Below the pieces are notes generated by a model. It was not told the DNA's origin. It saw nothing but the letters and a program-made list of their open reading frames with translations, and made no database searches. DNA of 51,492 bases. Origin: Nautiliaceae bacterium (GTDB lineage Bacteria; Campylobacterota; Campylobacteria; Campylobacterales; Nautiliaceae). Below, piece after piece: positions 12,503 through 22,493 of the stretch. The stretch spans positions 1 to 51,492 of the forward strand of contig JBDONT010000002.1 of the NCBI GenBank assembly GCA_039831155.1, written 5' to 3'. Each line of letters begins with the position of its first letter. The first letter of the stretch is position 1. The translations under genes were made by a program, and so were the position numbers.

Positions 12503-12773
12503 CCAATTTATCCTCATATCCGTGAGGTACATTCATAACTACAAGGTCCGGATGGATTTTTTCTTTAAGTGCCTTTTCAATACCGTATTTAAGTGTCGCA
12601 CCGGCACTTGCACATCCGACACATCCACCCTGGAGTTGAACAAAAACAATCGGTTTTCTAACGTCAATTAACGTAACATCACCACCGTCCATTTGAAGCA
12701 TAGGTCTAACTTCATCAAGGACGTTAGCTACTGCCTCTTTAAGCTCTTCGTTAGAAAAAGGAATTTCAGCCAT
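12477..12773 (-). CDS. NifU/NfuA C-terminal-domain Fe-S scaffold
   Basis: VRP.L..DGGDV, LQGGCVGC (CxxC), TLKYGIE. Confidence 0.92.
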   Translation of the reverse strand: MAEIPFSNEELKEAVANVLDEVRPMLQMDGGDVTLIDVRKPIVFVQLQGGCVGCASAGATLKYGIEKALKEKIHPDLVVMNVPHGYEDKLDELVKYSF

Positions 12774-12774
12774 C

Positions 12775-13152
12775 TTAGTTTTCTTCCTCAACAAATTCAA
12801 TTATACACATTTCAGCAGCATCACCTCTTCTGAAGTTTGTTTTAATAATTCTTGTATATCCACCTTTTCTATTTATGAATTTAGGTGCTATTTCATCAAT
12901 TACTTTTTTAGTTGCCGCTTTAGCTCTTTCATTTGAGCCAAGTTTTGAGTATACATATCTGTGAGTATTTAAATTTTCTCCCGCTTTTGCTCTTGTGATG
13001 ATTTTTTCGATATATTTTCTAAGTTCTTTAGCTTTAGGAACAGTAGTTTTAATTCTACCGTTTTCAATTAAATCACATGCTAAGTTTCTTAGAAGTGCTA
13101 GTCTATGCTCACTAACACGTCCTAACTTTCTATATCCGTGTCTATGTCTCAT
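12775..13152 (-). CDS. rplQ: 50S ribosomal protein L17
   Basis: [24 protein letters not shown]. Confidence 0.98.
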   Translation of the reverse strand: MRHRHGYRKLGRVSEHRLALLRNLACDLIENGRIKTTVPKAKELRKYIEKIITRAKAGENLNTHRYVYSKLGSNERAKAATKKVIDEIAPKFINRKGGYTRIIKTNFRRGDAAEMCIIEFVEEEN

Positions 13153-14144
13153 TAATTCTCCTTAAGTTGTGATAGTTTCTCTTCAATCGCTTTTTTAACG
13201 TCAAGCGGCAATGATTTATTAATAGAAAATCCGATTTCTTCTAATTTATCAAAAATTTCTTCTAAAGATTTAGTTCCTAGGTTTTTGATATTAGCGATTT
13301 TTTCTTTACCCATAAGTACAAGTTCACCTACAAATCTAATTCCGGCTCTATCAAGAGCGTTAAAACTTCTGCTTCTAAGATTTAGATTTTCAATAGGTTC
13401 GAATAATACGTTATATTCTTCATCAAGTTCTACGTTTTGAACTGTTTTTTGTTCAAGTTTAAACTCTTTTGAAAATACTGCAAATTGATTTAAATAGTTA
13501 TTTACTGCGTTTTTAAACGCTTCAATAGGGCTTATTTGACCGTCAGTTACCACTTCGAATATAACTTTTTCAAAAGTAGGGTCATCTTCTACTAAGATAT
13601 TCTCAATATTATATACTACTTTTTTAATAGGAGAAAAATAAGCGTCAAGTCCTATAAAACCTTCCGGAATTTCATCTCTAAAGTTTTCTACCGCTACAAA
13701 CCCCATACCTTTTTTAATAATCAAAGTAAGTTTAAGCTCCGCTTCTTCATTTAATGTAGCGATATATTCATCAGGTGTAACAACGTCTACTTGGTCATTT
13801 ACAAGGTCGCTACCTTTAATTTCTTTCGGACCTACAAACACATAATCAACTCTAGCTTCATTACCGTCTTTTATTTTAAATCTTATATTTTTAAGATTAA
13901 TAATAAAACTTGCAACATCTTCAAGCATACCTTTTAAAGAGTCAAATTCATGTTTTACACCTTCTATTTTAAGTGCGATAGGCGCAAAACCGGGAGTTGA
14001 AGCGATAAGTGTTCTTCTTATAGGATGAGCGACACTTACGCCGAATCCCGCTTCAAAAGGCGATACTTCTATAATAGCTCTGTTTCCTTCTTCTTTGAAA
14101 GAAACATCGCTGGGAATCAACACTTCTGTTTTTATTTTATTCAT
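13152..14144 (-). CDS. rpoA: RNA polymerase alpha subunit
   Basis: PFEAGFG, HEFD, alpha-[13 protein letters not shown]; operon position. Confidence 0.97.
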   Translation of the reverse strand: MNKIKTEVLIPSDVSFKEEGNRAIIEVSPFEAGFGVSVAHPIRRTLIASTPGFAPIALKIEGVKHEFDSLKGMLEDVASFIINLKNIRFKIKDGNEARVDYVFVGPKEIKGSDLVNDQVDVVTPDEYIATLNEEAELKLTLIIKKGMGFVAVENFRDEIPEGFIGLDAYFSPIKKVVYNIENILVEDDPTFEKVIFEVVTDGQISPIEAFKNAVNNYLNQFAVFSKEFKLEQKTVQNVELDEEYNVLFEPIENLNLRSRSFNALDRAGIRFVGELVLMGKEKIANIKNLGTKSLEEIFDKLEEIGFSINKSLPLDVKKAIEEKLSQLKEN

Positions 14145-14157
14145 TTTTTAGCCCCTA

Positions 14158-14784
14158 TTATTTAGAGTACAACTCAACTACTAATCTTTCTTCTACCGGA
14201 ATATTTACTTCGCTTCTTTCCGGAATTCTTTGGAATATACCAACCATTTTTTCTTTATCCACATCAACCCAAGGAGCAATTCCGGTTTGTGCACTAAGTT
14301 CAAGTGCTCTTTGGATTTGAGGATTGTTTTTAGATTTTTCTCTAATTTCGATTCTGTCACCCTCTTTTACAATGTAAGAAGGAATATTTACTTTTTTACC
14401 GTTTACTAAAATGTGTCCGTGAGTTACAAGTTGTCTTGCAAATTTTCTAGTTGTCGCAAATCCCATTCTGTAAACTACGTTATCAAGACGTCTTTCAAGT
14501 AATCTAATTAGGTTTTCCCCGGTATTACCTTCTTGTCTATTCGCTTCTTTAAAAAATCTTCTAAATTGTTTTTCAAGTACACCGTAATAATATTTAATTT
14601 TTTGTTTTTCTCTAAGTTGAAGTCCGTATTCGGAAATTTTCGCTCTTCTTTGTCCGTGTTGCCCTGGTGCGTAAGGTCTTTTATCAAGTGCTGATTTACC
14701 AGCTAATCTTCTTTCACCTTTAAGTTCAAGCGAAACACCTAATCTTCTTTCAATCTTTTCAACCGGTCCTGTATATCTTGCCAT
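14158..14784 (-). CDS. rpsD: 30S ribosomal protein S4
   Basis: [30 protein letters not shown]. Confidence 0.98.
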   Translation of the reverse strand: MARYTGPVEKIERRLGVSLELKGERRLAGKSALDKRPYAPGQHGQRRAKISEYGLQLREKQKIKYYYGVLEKQFRRFFKEANRQEGNTGENLIRLLERRLDNVVYRMGFATTRKFARQLVTHGHILVNGKKVNIPSYIVKEGDRIEIREKSKNNPQIQRALELSAQTGIAPWVDVDKEKMVGIFQRIPERSEVNIPVEERLVVELYSK

Positions 14785-14786
14785 CG

Positions 14787-15179
14787 TTACACCCTTCTTC
14801 TTTTTCTTGGTCTACATCCGTTATGTGGTAACGGAGTTACATCTTTCATCCAAAGTACTTTAATACCGTCAATTGCTCCTACAGTTTTCACTGCTGTTTC
14901 TCTACCTCCGCCAGGTCCTTGTACTTTAATTCCCACTTCTTTAATTCCGTACTCTTTAGCTTTTGCCATTACGTCTTCTACTGCTTGTTGTGCTGCAAAA
15001 GGAGTTGATTTTTTACTACCTTTAAATCCAAGTGCACCGGCACTACTCCAACAAAGAGCATTTCCCATTTCATCAGTTACGGTAATCATAGTATTATTAA
15101 ATGTAGCTGAAATATATACTACTCCGCGTCCTACTTGTTTTTTAATTTTTTTCTTTTTAGTTACTTTTCTTTTAGCCAT
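14787..15179 (-). CDS. rpsK: 30S ribosomal protein S11
   Basis: [30 protein letters not shown]. Confidence 0.98.
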   Translation of the reverse strand: MAKRKVTKKKKIKKQVGRGVVYISATFNNTMITVTDEMGNALCWSSAGALGFKGSKKSTPFAAQQAVEDVMAKAKEYGIKEVGIKVQGPGGGRETAVKTVGAIDGIKVLWMKDVTPLPHNGCRPRKRRRV

Positions 15180-15189
15180 CTCTCACCCT

Positions 15190-15558
15190 TTATTTAGCTT
15201 TTGCACCAACAGTTTTTCTTTTACCTTTTCTGGTACGTGCATTAGTTTTAGTTCTTTGACCTCTAACAGGTAACCCTCTTCTGTGTCTAAGCCCTCTATA
15301 ACAACCTAAATCCATAAGTTCTTTAATATTAAGTTGAACTATTTTTCTAAGTTCACCTTCAACGATATAGTTTGTTTGAATTTCTTTATTTAAGATTGAA
15401 ACTTCATCTTCCGTTAATTCGTAAACTCTTTTTTCCGGATCAATTCCGGTGTCTTTTAAAATTTTTCTACTTGTAGTAAGTCCGATTCCATAAATATAAG
15501 GAAGTGCATATTCGATTTTTTTCTTTTTTGGTAAGTCTATACCTGCAATTCTTGCCAT
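15190..15558 (-). CDS. rpsM: 30S ribosomal protein S13
   Basis: [36 protein letters not shown]. Confidence 0.98.
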   Translation of the reverse strand: MARIAGIDLPKKKKIEYALPYIYGIGLTTSRKILKDTGIDPEKRVYELTEDEVSILNKEIQTNYIVEGELRKIVQLNIKELMDLGCYRGLRHRRGLPVRGQRTKTNARTRKGKRKTVGAKAK

Positions 15559-15561
15559 GTT

Positions 15562-15675
15562 TTATCCTTGTCTTTGTTTATGTCTAGGATTTTCGCAAAT
15601 AACTCTTACAATCCCTTTTCTTTTTACCACTTTACATTTAGGGCAAATTTTTTTAACTGATGCTCTAACTTTCAT
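15562..15675 (-). CDS. rpmJ: 50S ribosomal protein L36, Zn-binding form (not in the ORF track)
   Basis: Manual translation [46 protein letters not shown]. Confidence 0.97.
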   Translation of the reverse strand: MKVRASVKKICPKCKVVKRKGIVRVICENPRHKQRQG

Positions 15676-15697
15676 AACTTCTCCTTAAATTTTTAAA

Positions 15698-15796
15698 AAA
15701 TGCAACCGCATTTCATCCCCCCTAGGTACAAAGACCAGCCCTTGCAACATTTACACAAATGATGCAAAGCCTCTTTTGTGTTCAGGGGGATGAAAT
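15698..15796 (-). promoter_or_regulatory. Structured 5' leader of the rpmJ/alpha operon (candidate cis-regulatory RNA)
   Basis: Perfect 12-bp inverted repeat (15710-15721 / 15785-15796) enclosing nested stems; GC-richer than its flanks. Confidence 0.6.
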
Positions 15797-15803
15797 TATA
15801 TCA
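15795..15803 (-). promoter_or_regulatory. Extended -10 promoter (TGATATAAT) of the rpmJ operon
   Basis: Exact TGnTATAAT with an AT-rich upstream tract. Confidence 0.7.
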
Positions 15804-15893
15804 AACATTGCTTATATTTAATGAAGAATCAAAATTAAAAGAGAAAAAAATAAAAGAAAGATTATTATATTATTTACTTTTTCAAAGGAAAAA

Positions 15894-17225
15894 TTAAAAA
15901 ACCATCACTTTTTCATCTACTTCTTTTACATCTTTTTTTTCTAAGACATCAATTTTATTATTCGAAATTCTCAATTTATACACATTACTTCCTTGTCTTA
16001 TATAAAGAATAAAATCAAACCTACCTTTATAATCGAAGATACCGTTTTTTACACTGAAAGTGATATTTTTATCCGAACTTAAAATATCAAAACTTACGTG
16101 GTTATTATCGAAATTACCTTTCATAAAAATTCTACCTATTTTTTGTCCCGAAATATCAAGCCCTATCAAAGATTTTATTTTCTTCGTATAAAAGTCGGAT
16201 AAAATTAAGGAATTGTCACTGACTATATCAAAATGTCCCTTATTACCGCTTATACTAAGAGTTCCCGATACGATACCGGTAAATATTCTTTTAAATCCTA
16301 AATATTCGAAAAATTTATTGCTAGGCATTTTAAAACTTATTTTAATATTACCGTCTTTATAACCGTCAAAATCTTCATTTTTAAATTTATAAATATTATC
16401 AACGGAATCATAACTTCCTATTAAAGATATTTTTTTTGCGAAAGGATAAAATAAAACGGGTTTTAATTTTTTTAAATTTAAATTATCACTTTTAAAATCA
16501 TAAGCCCATTTTTCATAAACTTTTTTTCCTTTTAACAAAAATTCTCCCAAATCAGTTTTAAGGTTCACTTCATAATCCAAATCATTAATATTTTTCATTT
16601 TAATTTTAGTAATTGCCAAAAAATCCGTAGAAACTTTTTTATTAATAAAACCGGAAGAATTAAAAGTTATTAAAAAAGGAGACGAAAAAGTTTTATTTAC
16701 TTCCATATCCGTTTTTCCTCTTATAAAAGGAAAATCGATATAAGTCATATAAAAAATATCTTGTATTGAAAAATCATTTCCACTTCCATTAAATTTTTCC
16801 AATCTTTCATCCGATAAATAAGCTTTAAAATTTAAATAACTCTTAGCAAAAGAAGCTATACCGTCAAATATTAAAAATCTTCCCTCTTCGTAAACTTTAC
16901 CGTTTAAATTCATTTTACCTCTATAATCTTTTAAAATTTCTTGCAAATTCCTTATTTTACTTTCGAATATAGCGTTAAGAGGAATCATTTGACCGTAAAT
17001 TTTCAATATATTTTTCTGATATTTAATATTTAAAGAGAAGTTATTAATTCCGTAATCCAAATAAACGATTTTAGAATTAGGCAGATATTTATGAACCTTT
17101 AATTGAATCAAGTTTTTTACCAAATTATGCCCCATAGGAGTTATCAATACAACGATAACCGATATGATTATCCCCATTATTACCGTTAAAAACAGACTCC
17201 ATTTAGATTTAAAAATCTTTTTCAT
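15894..17225 (-). CDS. Hypothetical protein, N-terminal membrane anchor plus beta-rich body
   Basis: 443-aa ORF overlapping the mscS end; single N-terminal TM. Confidence 0.75.
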   Translation of the reverse strand: MKKIFKSKWSLFLTVIMGIIISVIVVLITPMGHNLVKNLIQLKVHKYLPNSKIVYLDYGINNFSLNIKYQKNILKIYGQMIPLNAIFESKIRNLQEILKDYRGKMNLNGKVYEEGRFLIFDGIASFAKSYLNFKAYLSDERLEKFNGSGNDFSIQDIFYMTYIDFPFIRGKTDMEVNKTFSSPFLITFNSSGFINKKVSTDFLAITKIKMKNINDLDYEVNLKTDLGEFLLKGKKVYEKWAYDFKSDNLNLKKLKPVLFYPFAKKISLIGSYDSVDNIYKFKNEDFDGYKDGNIKISFKMPSNKFFEYLGFKRIFTGIVSGTLSISGNKGHFDIVSDNSLILSDFYTKKIKSLIGLDISGQKIGRIFMKGNFDNNHVSFDILSSDKNITFSVKNGIFDYKGRFDFILYIRQGSNVYKLRISNNKIDVLEKKDVKEVDEKVMVF

Positions 17226-18294
17226 ATTTCATCCTTATAGGTGTTTCAATATATAAACTGTTAGAAGGAAATGCAAACTTAGCGTTATTGTTTTCCACTA
17301 TCTCTTTTATTTTTAAATTAACGTCTTCTCTTATTTTTAAATAATCATCCCATACAGCCGTTGTAGTAAAAAAGTAACAAAAAATACTTAAAGCACTGTC
17401 TTGATATTCATCAAAGTATATCAAAATCGGCTCATTATGTATATATGGATGAACTAAAAGCATTTCTCTAATTTCACTTACTATTCTTTTAATAGTACCT
17501 GCATCCGTATCGTAAGTAAGTCCTAAACGCATCATTATCCTACGTCTGTCTCTTCTTGAAAAATTCTCAATATTTGAATTTGCTATAGTGGCGTTTGGGA
17601 CTACTATTAATCTCTTATCAAAAGCTCTTATTTTAGTCGTTCTCATCCCTATATCTTCCACTATCCCCTCGGCGTTTCCGACTTTTATCCACTCTCCTAT
17701 TTTAAAAATATTATCGGTTAAAATCGCTATCCCTCCGAAAATATTGGCAGCCGTATCTTTTGCAGCCAGTGCAAACGCCAAACCTCCAAGCCCTAATGAG
17801 GCGATAAATCCGGTAACGTTTATACCCCAGTCCTGTAATAACGCTACAACCCCTATAGTAATCACAAAAACCTTAACAAGTTTAACCAAAAAAGAGGCAA
17901 GCTCTTTTGAACTTTTTCCAAACTTCCCAAGCAGATGATAAAAATAGTCTTCAAATTCATTAATTATATTATATATCGCCCAAAAAAAATCTATAATCAA
18001 AAGCCCTTTTAAAACATGTAATAAAACCTTATTATCCACCTCTAAAAAATAAAAGAAAAAATAGACTCCGGCTATTACAAATAAAAATCTTAAAGGATTT
18101 CTTATAGCGTTTAAAAATTTATCGTCTAAGTCAGTTTTTGTTCTTGAGACTACTTTTTTTAATGAAGAGATAATCATTAAAGTAAAAACTTTTCTGGCAA
18201 ACAAAAAAACAAAAAGCATCAAAAAAGCAAGAGCTATTTTATAAACGGGCAACTGAAAAAATTTATAATTTAAAATATCCAAGACGTTATTCAT
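17209..18294 (-). CDS. MscS-family mechanosensitive channel (YnaI-like, extra TMs)
   Basis: SLGLGGLAFALAAKDT, G.VEDIGMRTTKIR, VPN, FAFPS. Confidence 0.93.
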   Translation of the reverse strand: MNNVLDILNYKFFQLPVYKIALAFLMLFVFLFARKVFTLMIISSLKKVVSRTKTDLDDKFLNAIRNPLRFLFVIAGVYFFFYFLEVDNKVLLHVLKGLLIIDFFWAIYNIINEFEDYFYHLLGKFGKSSKELASFLVKLVKVFVITIGVVALLQDWGINVTGFIASLGLGGLAFALAAKDTAANIFGGIAILTDNIFKIGEWIKVGNAEGIVEDIGMRTTKIRAFDKRLIVVPNATIANSNIENFSRRDRRRIMMRLGLTYDTDAGTIKRIVSEIREMLLVHPYIHNEPILIYFDEYQDSALSIFCYFFTTTAVWDDYLKIREDVNLKIKEIVENNNAKFAFPSNSLYIETPIRMKYEKDF

Positions 18295-20005
18295 TCATAT
18301 CCCCTAGCAATTTTTCATCTCGCATAATTATAACAATTTTTTTAAATAAAGGCACCGCACTTTTAGAAGCAAAATAATTAGGAAAAGGGGCTTTGATATC
18401 AAATAATGTCACTCCTATGGTATATTTATGTTCGGAATCATTTGCAAATCCGAAAAAGGAAGAGTTATACTGATTTAAATATTCCCTTTTTTTATAATCG
18501 TAAATATGAGCCGTCCCCGTTTTCCCGGCTGTAAAAATTCCTTTTACATACGCTTCTTCTCCTGTTCCTTTTAAAACAACTTTTCTCAAAATTCTCAACA
18601 TTTCATTCGCAACTATAGCTTTTAAGACTCTTTTTGATTTACTATTTACATTTGCTATTTTAGGCGTAACCGCAACACCGTTATTATTAAATACGTTATA
18701 GGCTTTCAAAAGCTGCATAAACGTAACGTCTATTCCGTATCCGTAAGAAGTCGTAGACTTAAATACAGGATAATAAAGTTCTCTTACGCTTTTAGTTCTA
18801 CCTTTTAACTCATAAGGCAAATCTATACCCGTTTTTTTAGCAAATCCAAACTTTCTAAGCCCGTAGTAAAGCTCATTATTCGTCAATCTAAGAGCAAGTT
18901 GAGATATAACTATATTACTTGAATAAACTATTGCGTTTTCGGCACTAAGCCAATCGAATTTTTCATCATCGGTAATAGGTTTTTTCCTCCATTTAGGTTT
19001 CCATTTTCCGTTATGGGCGTTTAAAACCTCAAAAGGGTTTACTTTATTATGCTCAAGCAAAAGAGCAAAAGTTATAGGTTTCATTACAGAACCCGGCTCA
19101 AACGTATGCCTAATAGCTCCTATTTGCATATGAGGAATATCTTTAGGTTTTATATCCAAAGGATTATAACGATTAGAAGAGGCTATAGCTATTATTTTAC
19201 CGGTTTTAGAATCCATAACCGCAGCTATGACGTCACTTGCCTTATAAGTTTTTTTATATTCGTCCAAAAGATTTTCTATTCTCTTTTGCAAAACTAAATT
19301 AATATTCAAAACAACATCATCTCCGCTAACGGGATATGTAATCGAAGAGCTTTTATCATAAACGATATTTCCGCTTACATCCCTAAAACCTTTTATGAAT
19401 CCGTTGGCTTTCGGTTTTAAAATAGATTCGTAATACTCTTCTATTCCGTTTTCTCCTCTTGAATAAACTTTAGAATATCTCCCTAAAAAAGGTTCGAACG
19501 TATCTTTAAAAGGATATAATCTTTTATAAAGCCCCACTATTTTACCGTTTTTTTTCGTTACACTTTCTATATCATAAGCCCGTCTTATATTATTAACACT
19601 AATAAAAACTCCGTATTTATCCAAAATCTTTCTTAAATAAACAAGCTGCTGTTTCGTTTTTAAATCAACTTTAGCAAGTAAAATTCTTTTTTTTATTTTT
19701 AATTTTTTTAAAAGTACCCTTTTAGAAATACCCGTATAAATACTAAATAAATCCGTAAATAACTTTTTTTTATCGGAATTTATATAAACGGGATTTAAAT
19801 AAACGAAATATATTTTCTCACTTTTCGCTAGAGTAAAATTTTGTGTTTTTATATTGCCTCTTACGGCACTTTCCGTTTTTTTTATAATAGGAGTAAAATA
19901 ATCTTTAGGCTTAGAAAGAGAAAAAAATAAAAAAGCCCCGAATACCCCTATTACGACAATAGAAAAAAAAATAAAGTAAATTATCGGAATTTTTGTATTT
20001 TTCAT
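18287..20005 (-). CDS. ftsI: Class B penicillin-binding protein (FtsI/PBP3-like)
   Basis: EPGSVMKP (SxxK), SSN (SxN), GKTGTA; downstream of fliE as in Campylobacterota. Confidence 0.85.
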   Translation of the reverse strand: MKNTKIPIIYFIFFSIVVIGVFGAFLFFSLSKPKDYFTPIIKKTESAVRGNIKTQNFTLAKSEKIYFVYLNPVYINSDKKKLFTDLFSIYTGISKRVLLKKLKIKKRILLAKVDLKTKQQLVYLRKILDKYGVFISVNNIRRAYDIESVTKKNGKIVGLYKRLYPFKDTFEPFLGRYSKVYSRGENGIEEYYESILKPKANGFIKGFRDVSGNIVYDKSSSITYPVSGDDVVLNINLVLQKRIENLLDEYKKTYKASDVIAAVMDSKTGKIIAIASSNRYNPLDIKPKDIPHMQIGAIRHTFEPGSVMKPITFALLLEHNKVNPFEVLNAHNGKWKPKWRKKPITDDEKFDWLSAENAIVYSSNIVISQLALRLTNNELYYGLRKFGFAKKTGIDLPYELKGRTKSVRELYYPVFKSTTSYGYGIDVTFMQLLKAYNVFNNNGVAVTPKIANVNSKSKRVLKAIVANEMLRILRKVVLKGTGEEAYVKGIFTAGKTGTAHIYDYKKREYLNQYNSSFFGFANDSEHKYTIGVTLFDIKAPFPNYFASKSAVPLFKKIVIIMRDEKLLGDMNE

Positions 20006-20298
20006 TAAATTTGAGTTTTTAGTAGTTCTTTATATGCGTTTATCGCTTTATTTCTTACCTCAAGGACCATTTTCATTTGCATTTCCGCTTTTTGTATAGT
20101 AATAGAAGCCTTTGCTAAATCCTGCACCTGCCCCGTTGCTATATCCGCTTCGGCTTTTTCCGCTTTTTGCATCATTTCATTCGTATTGTCAAGTTCTTTT
20201 TTTAGTAAATCCTCAAAATCAAAATCATTTTTTTTATTACCGGAAGTTTTTATAGCGTTTAAAGCATTGTTATTATCTATTTTCGTAATAAAAGCCAT
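20005..20298 (-). CDS. fliE: Flagellar hook-basal body protein FliE
   Basis: EVRNKAINAYKELLKTQI. Confidence 0.95.
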   Translation of the reverse strand: MAFITKIDNNNALNAIKTSGNKKNDFDFEDLLKKELDNTNEMMQKAEKAEADIATGQVQDLAKASITIQKAEMQMKMVLEVRNKAINAYKELLKTQI

Positions 20299-20307
20299 AC
20301 ACTATCC

Positions 20308-20805
20308 TTAACTTTGTAAAATATTTATAGCGTTATTTGCCATACTTTTTGCACTTTGAAACGCAGCTACGTTTGCTTGATAAGCACGCGTAGCTTCTAT
20401 TAAATCCGACATTTCTATAACCGGATTGATATTAGGATACGCCACATATCCGTTCGCATCAGCATCCGGATTTGTAGGGTCGTATTTTAAAATAGGCTTA
20501 CTGTCATCTCTTACTATTTTATCAACCACAACCGTTTCAATAGGTGGTTTTGCCTCTGCGTAATCTTCTCCCTCTTCATCCAAAGGGTTTTCGTACTTAA
20601 AAAAATCGGTATTTTTTTCAAGTTCTTTATTAAGTTCGTCCTCAAAAGGCACTGCTTTAAAAATCACTTCTTTTCTTCTGTAAGGTCCGCCCTCATCCGT
20701 TCTTGTAGTATTTGCATTTGCTATATTTTCCGAAATTACGTTAATTCTCAATCTTTGAGCGGATAATCCGTATCCCGAAATATCAAAACTGTTAAAAAAC
20801 CCCAT
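20308..20805 (-). CDS. flgC: Flagellar rod protein FlgC
   Basis: GLSAQRLR..ISENIANANTTR, GYVAYPNIN, ATRAYQAN. Confidence 0.97.
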   Translation of the reverse strand: MGFFNSFDISGYGLSAQRLRINVISENIANANTTRTDEGGPYRRKEVIFKAVPFEDELNKELEKNTDFFKYENPLDEEGEDYAEAKPPIETVVVDKIVRDDSKPILKYDPTNPDADANGYVAYPNINPVIEMSDLIEATRAYQANVAAFQSAKSMANNAINILQS

Positions 20806-20813
20806 ATTAACCC

Positions 20814-21245
20814 CTAAATATTTTTACTTGAATCAATTACGGCTTTAAAAATTTCTATATCTTTTCTTAAAGCCTGAATAGTAGCGTTGTATGCAATATT
20901 GTTTTTAGCCATTTCAGTTGTTTCCACATCTATATCCACACTGTTTCCGTCGTTTCTGACTAAATGACCGTCTCTATAAAAAACAACCGGTTTTATATTT
21001 TCACTATCATCAAATCCCGGTAAATGCCCGGGGCTAGTTTGTGCCAATTTAAGTTTCGGAGGATGCGGTACGTTAAATTTTTTATTAACCTCCTCCTCTA
21101 AAGCCTCTTCAAACCTGATATCTTTAGGTCTATAGTAAGGAGTATCGGCATTTGCAATATTACTGGCTATCATAGCCTGTCTTATTTTCCTGTAATGCAG
21201 CGATTTTTCCAAGATATCAAAGCTTTTAGAAATTTCAAACGCCAC
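20814..21245 (-). CDS. flgB: Flagellar rod protein FlgB
   Basis: IASNIANADTPYY, RNDGNSVDID.E; the GTG at 21245 follows AAGGAG. Confidence 0.96.
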   Translation of the reverse strand: MAFEISKSFDILEKSLHYRKIRQAMIASNIANADTPYYRPKDIRFEEALEEEVNKKFNVPHPPKLKLAQTSPGHLPGFDDSENIKPVVFYRDGHLVRNDGNSVDIDVETTEMAKNNIAYNATIQALRKDIEIFKAVIDSSKNI

Positions 21246-21266
21246 ATTTACTCCTTTTGAATTTGC

Positions 21267-21284
21267 AAGCAATTTTCATTCCCG
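21267..21284 (-). promoter_or_regulatory. Sigma54 (-24/-12) promoter of flgB
   Basis: Minus strand CGGGAATGAAAATTGCTT = GG-N10-GC, matching the epsilonproteobacterial GGAA-N6-TTGCTT form. Confidence 0.85.
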
Positions 21285-21303
21285 ATTTAATAATAGATAT
21301 TTA

Positions 21304-21312
21304 TGTTAAAAT
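21304..21312 (+). promoter_or_regulatory. Extended -10 promoter (TGTTAAAAT) for ftsW-murG
   Basis: TGnTAAAAT about 30 nt upstream of the ftsW start. Confidence 0.5.
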
Positions 21313-21344
21313 TTCATTCATATTATACTTCATAAAGGCGAATT

Positions 21345-22484
21345 TTGCAAAAAGCGGACTCTTTAATATTCATAATAGTCGGAATTTTAATGCTAATCGG
21401 AGCTTTGTTTTCTTATTCGTTACCTTTATTTTTGGAAAATAACAAAAATATTTCCTTATACCACTTCGTAGGCAGATACTTAATATTCGGTACTATCGGA
21501 ATGGGAATAATGATTTTTCTAGCCAAAAAAGACCCCGATATATGGTTTGAAAAAGTCGGATGGGGGATTTTAATCTTCTCTTCAATACTCGTAATAATTA
21601 TGCCGTTTTTACCCGAAAGCGTAGCCCCCGTAATTAACGGAGCAAAAAGGTGGATAAAACTAGGTCCAGTAAAATTCGCCCCTGTGGAATTTTTCAAAAT
21701 AGGGGTAATATTTTTCCTATCCTGGTCTTTTACCAGAAAATTAAATTCGACGCGTAAATCCTTAAAAGAAGAAATAAAACAATTAATTCCCTATTTTACT
21801 ATACTAGGTGTATTTTGGTATTTGATTTTAGCTTATCAATCGGACTTAGGACAAGTAATAGTTATGGGGATGATTTTTGCGTTTTTACTTTTAATAGCCG
21901 GAGGAAAATTTCAAACATTTACCCTTATTTTAGGGGGAGGGATTATGGTGTTTATTTTAGCCGTTATTTCATCCAAATACAGATATGCAAGATTTAAAGC
22001 GTGGCTTCATTTAATGACAAATAACTTCTTCCCAAGCCTAAAAATAGAAAGCACATCAAGTTACGGCCAGGTTGAACAGTCTTTAAACGCTATCTACCAC
22101 GGAGGCATTATAGGCCAGGGAATAGGAAACGGCGTTTTTAAACTGGGCTTTTTAAGTGACGTTCATACAGACTTCGTACTAGCCGGTATAGCGGAAGAGA
22201 CCGGAATGATAGGTATTACTTTAGTAGTTATTTTAATTTTGGCTTTGGTTTACAGAATTTTCAAAATCTCCTATAGAAGCGAAAAAAAGGAGTATCAATT
22301 ATTTTCTTTCGGGGTTGGTACTTTAATTATCATTCAATTTATTTTCAACGGACTAGGGGTTACATCTTTAATTCCTATAAAAGGACTTACGGTACCTTTT
22401 ATAAGTTATGGGGGTAGTTCTTTAATAGCTTTATGCATAGCAATAGGAATGGTACTTATGATTAGCAAAAAAGCCAAACTTTAA
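21345..22484 (+). CDS. ftsW: SEDS-family peptidoglycan polymerase FtsW
   Basis: NGAKRWI, P.EF.K, HTDFV...IAEE.G, P.KGLTVPFISYGGSS; followed by murG. Confidence 0.9.
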   Translation: MQKADSLIFIIVGILMLIGALFSYSLPLFLENNKNISLYHFVGRYLIFGTIGMGIMIFLAKKDPDIWFEKVGWGILIFSSILVIIMPFLPESVAPVINGAKRWIKLGPVKFAPVEFFKIGVIFFLSWSFTRKLNSTRKSLKEEIKQLIPYFTILGVFWYLILAYQSDLGQVIVMGMIFAFLLLIAGGKFQTFTLILGGGIMVFILAVISSKYRYARFKAWLHLMTNNFFPSLKIESTSSYGQVEQSLNAIYHGGIIGQGIGNGVFKLGFLSDVHTDFVLAGIAEETGMIGITLVVILILALVYRIFKISYRSEKKEYQLFSFGVGTLIIIQFIFNGLGVTSLIPIKGLTVPFISYGGSSLIALCIAIGMVLMISKKAKL

Positions 22485-22493
22485 AGGTCAAAA

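Noticed and set aside
15698-15796. Rod-like RNA considered as SRP RNA, 6S RNA or a MITE
   Set aside because: It lacks the SRP GGAA loop with CAGG/AGCA motifs, is too short for 6S, and has no second copy or target duplication in the window
21246-21272. N-terminal extensions in the ORF track for flgB (and likewise tig, gmhB, nifU-like and the GT9 at 31487)
   Set aside because: Downstream starts have proper RBSs, and the extensions overlap promoters or neighbouring genes
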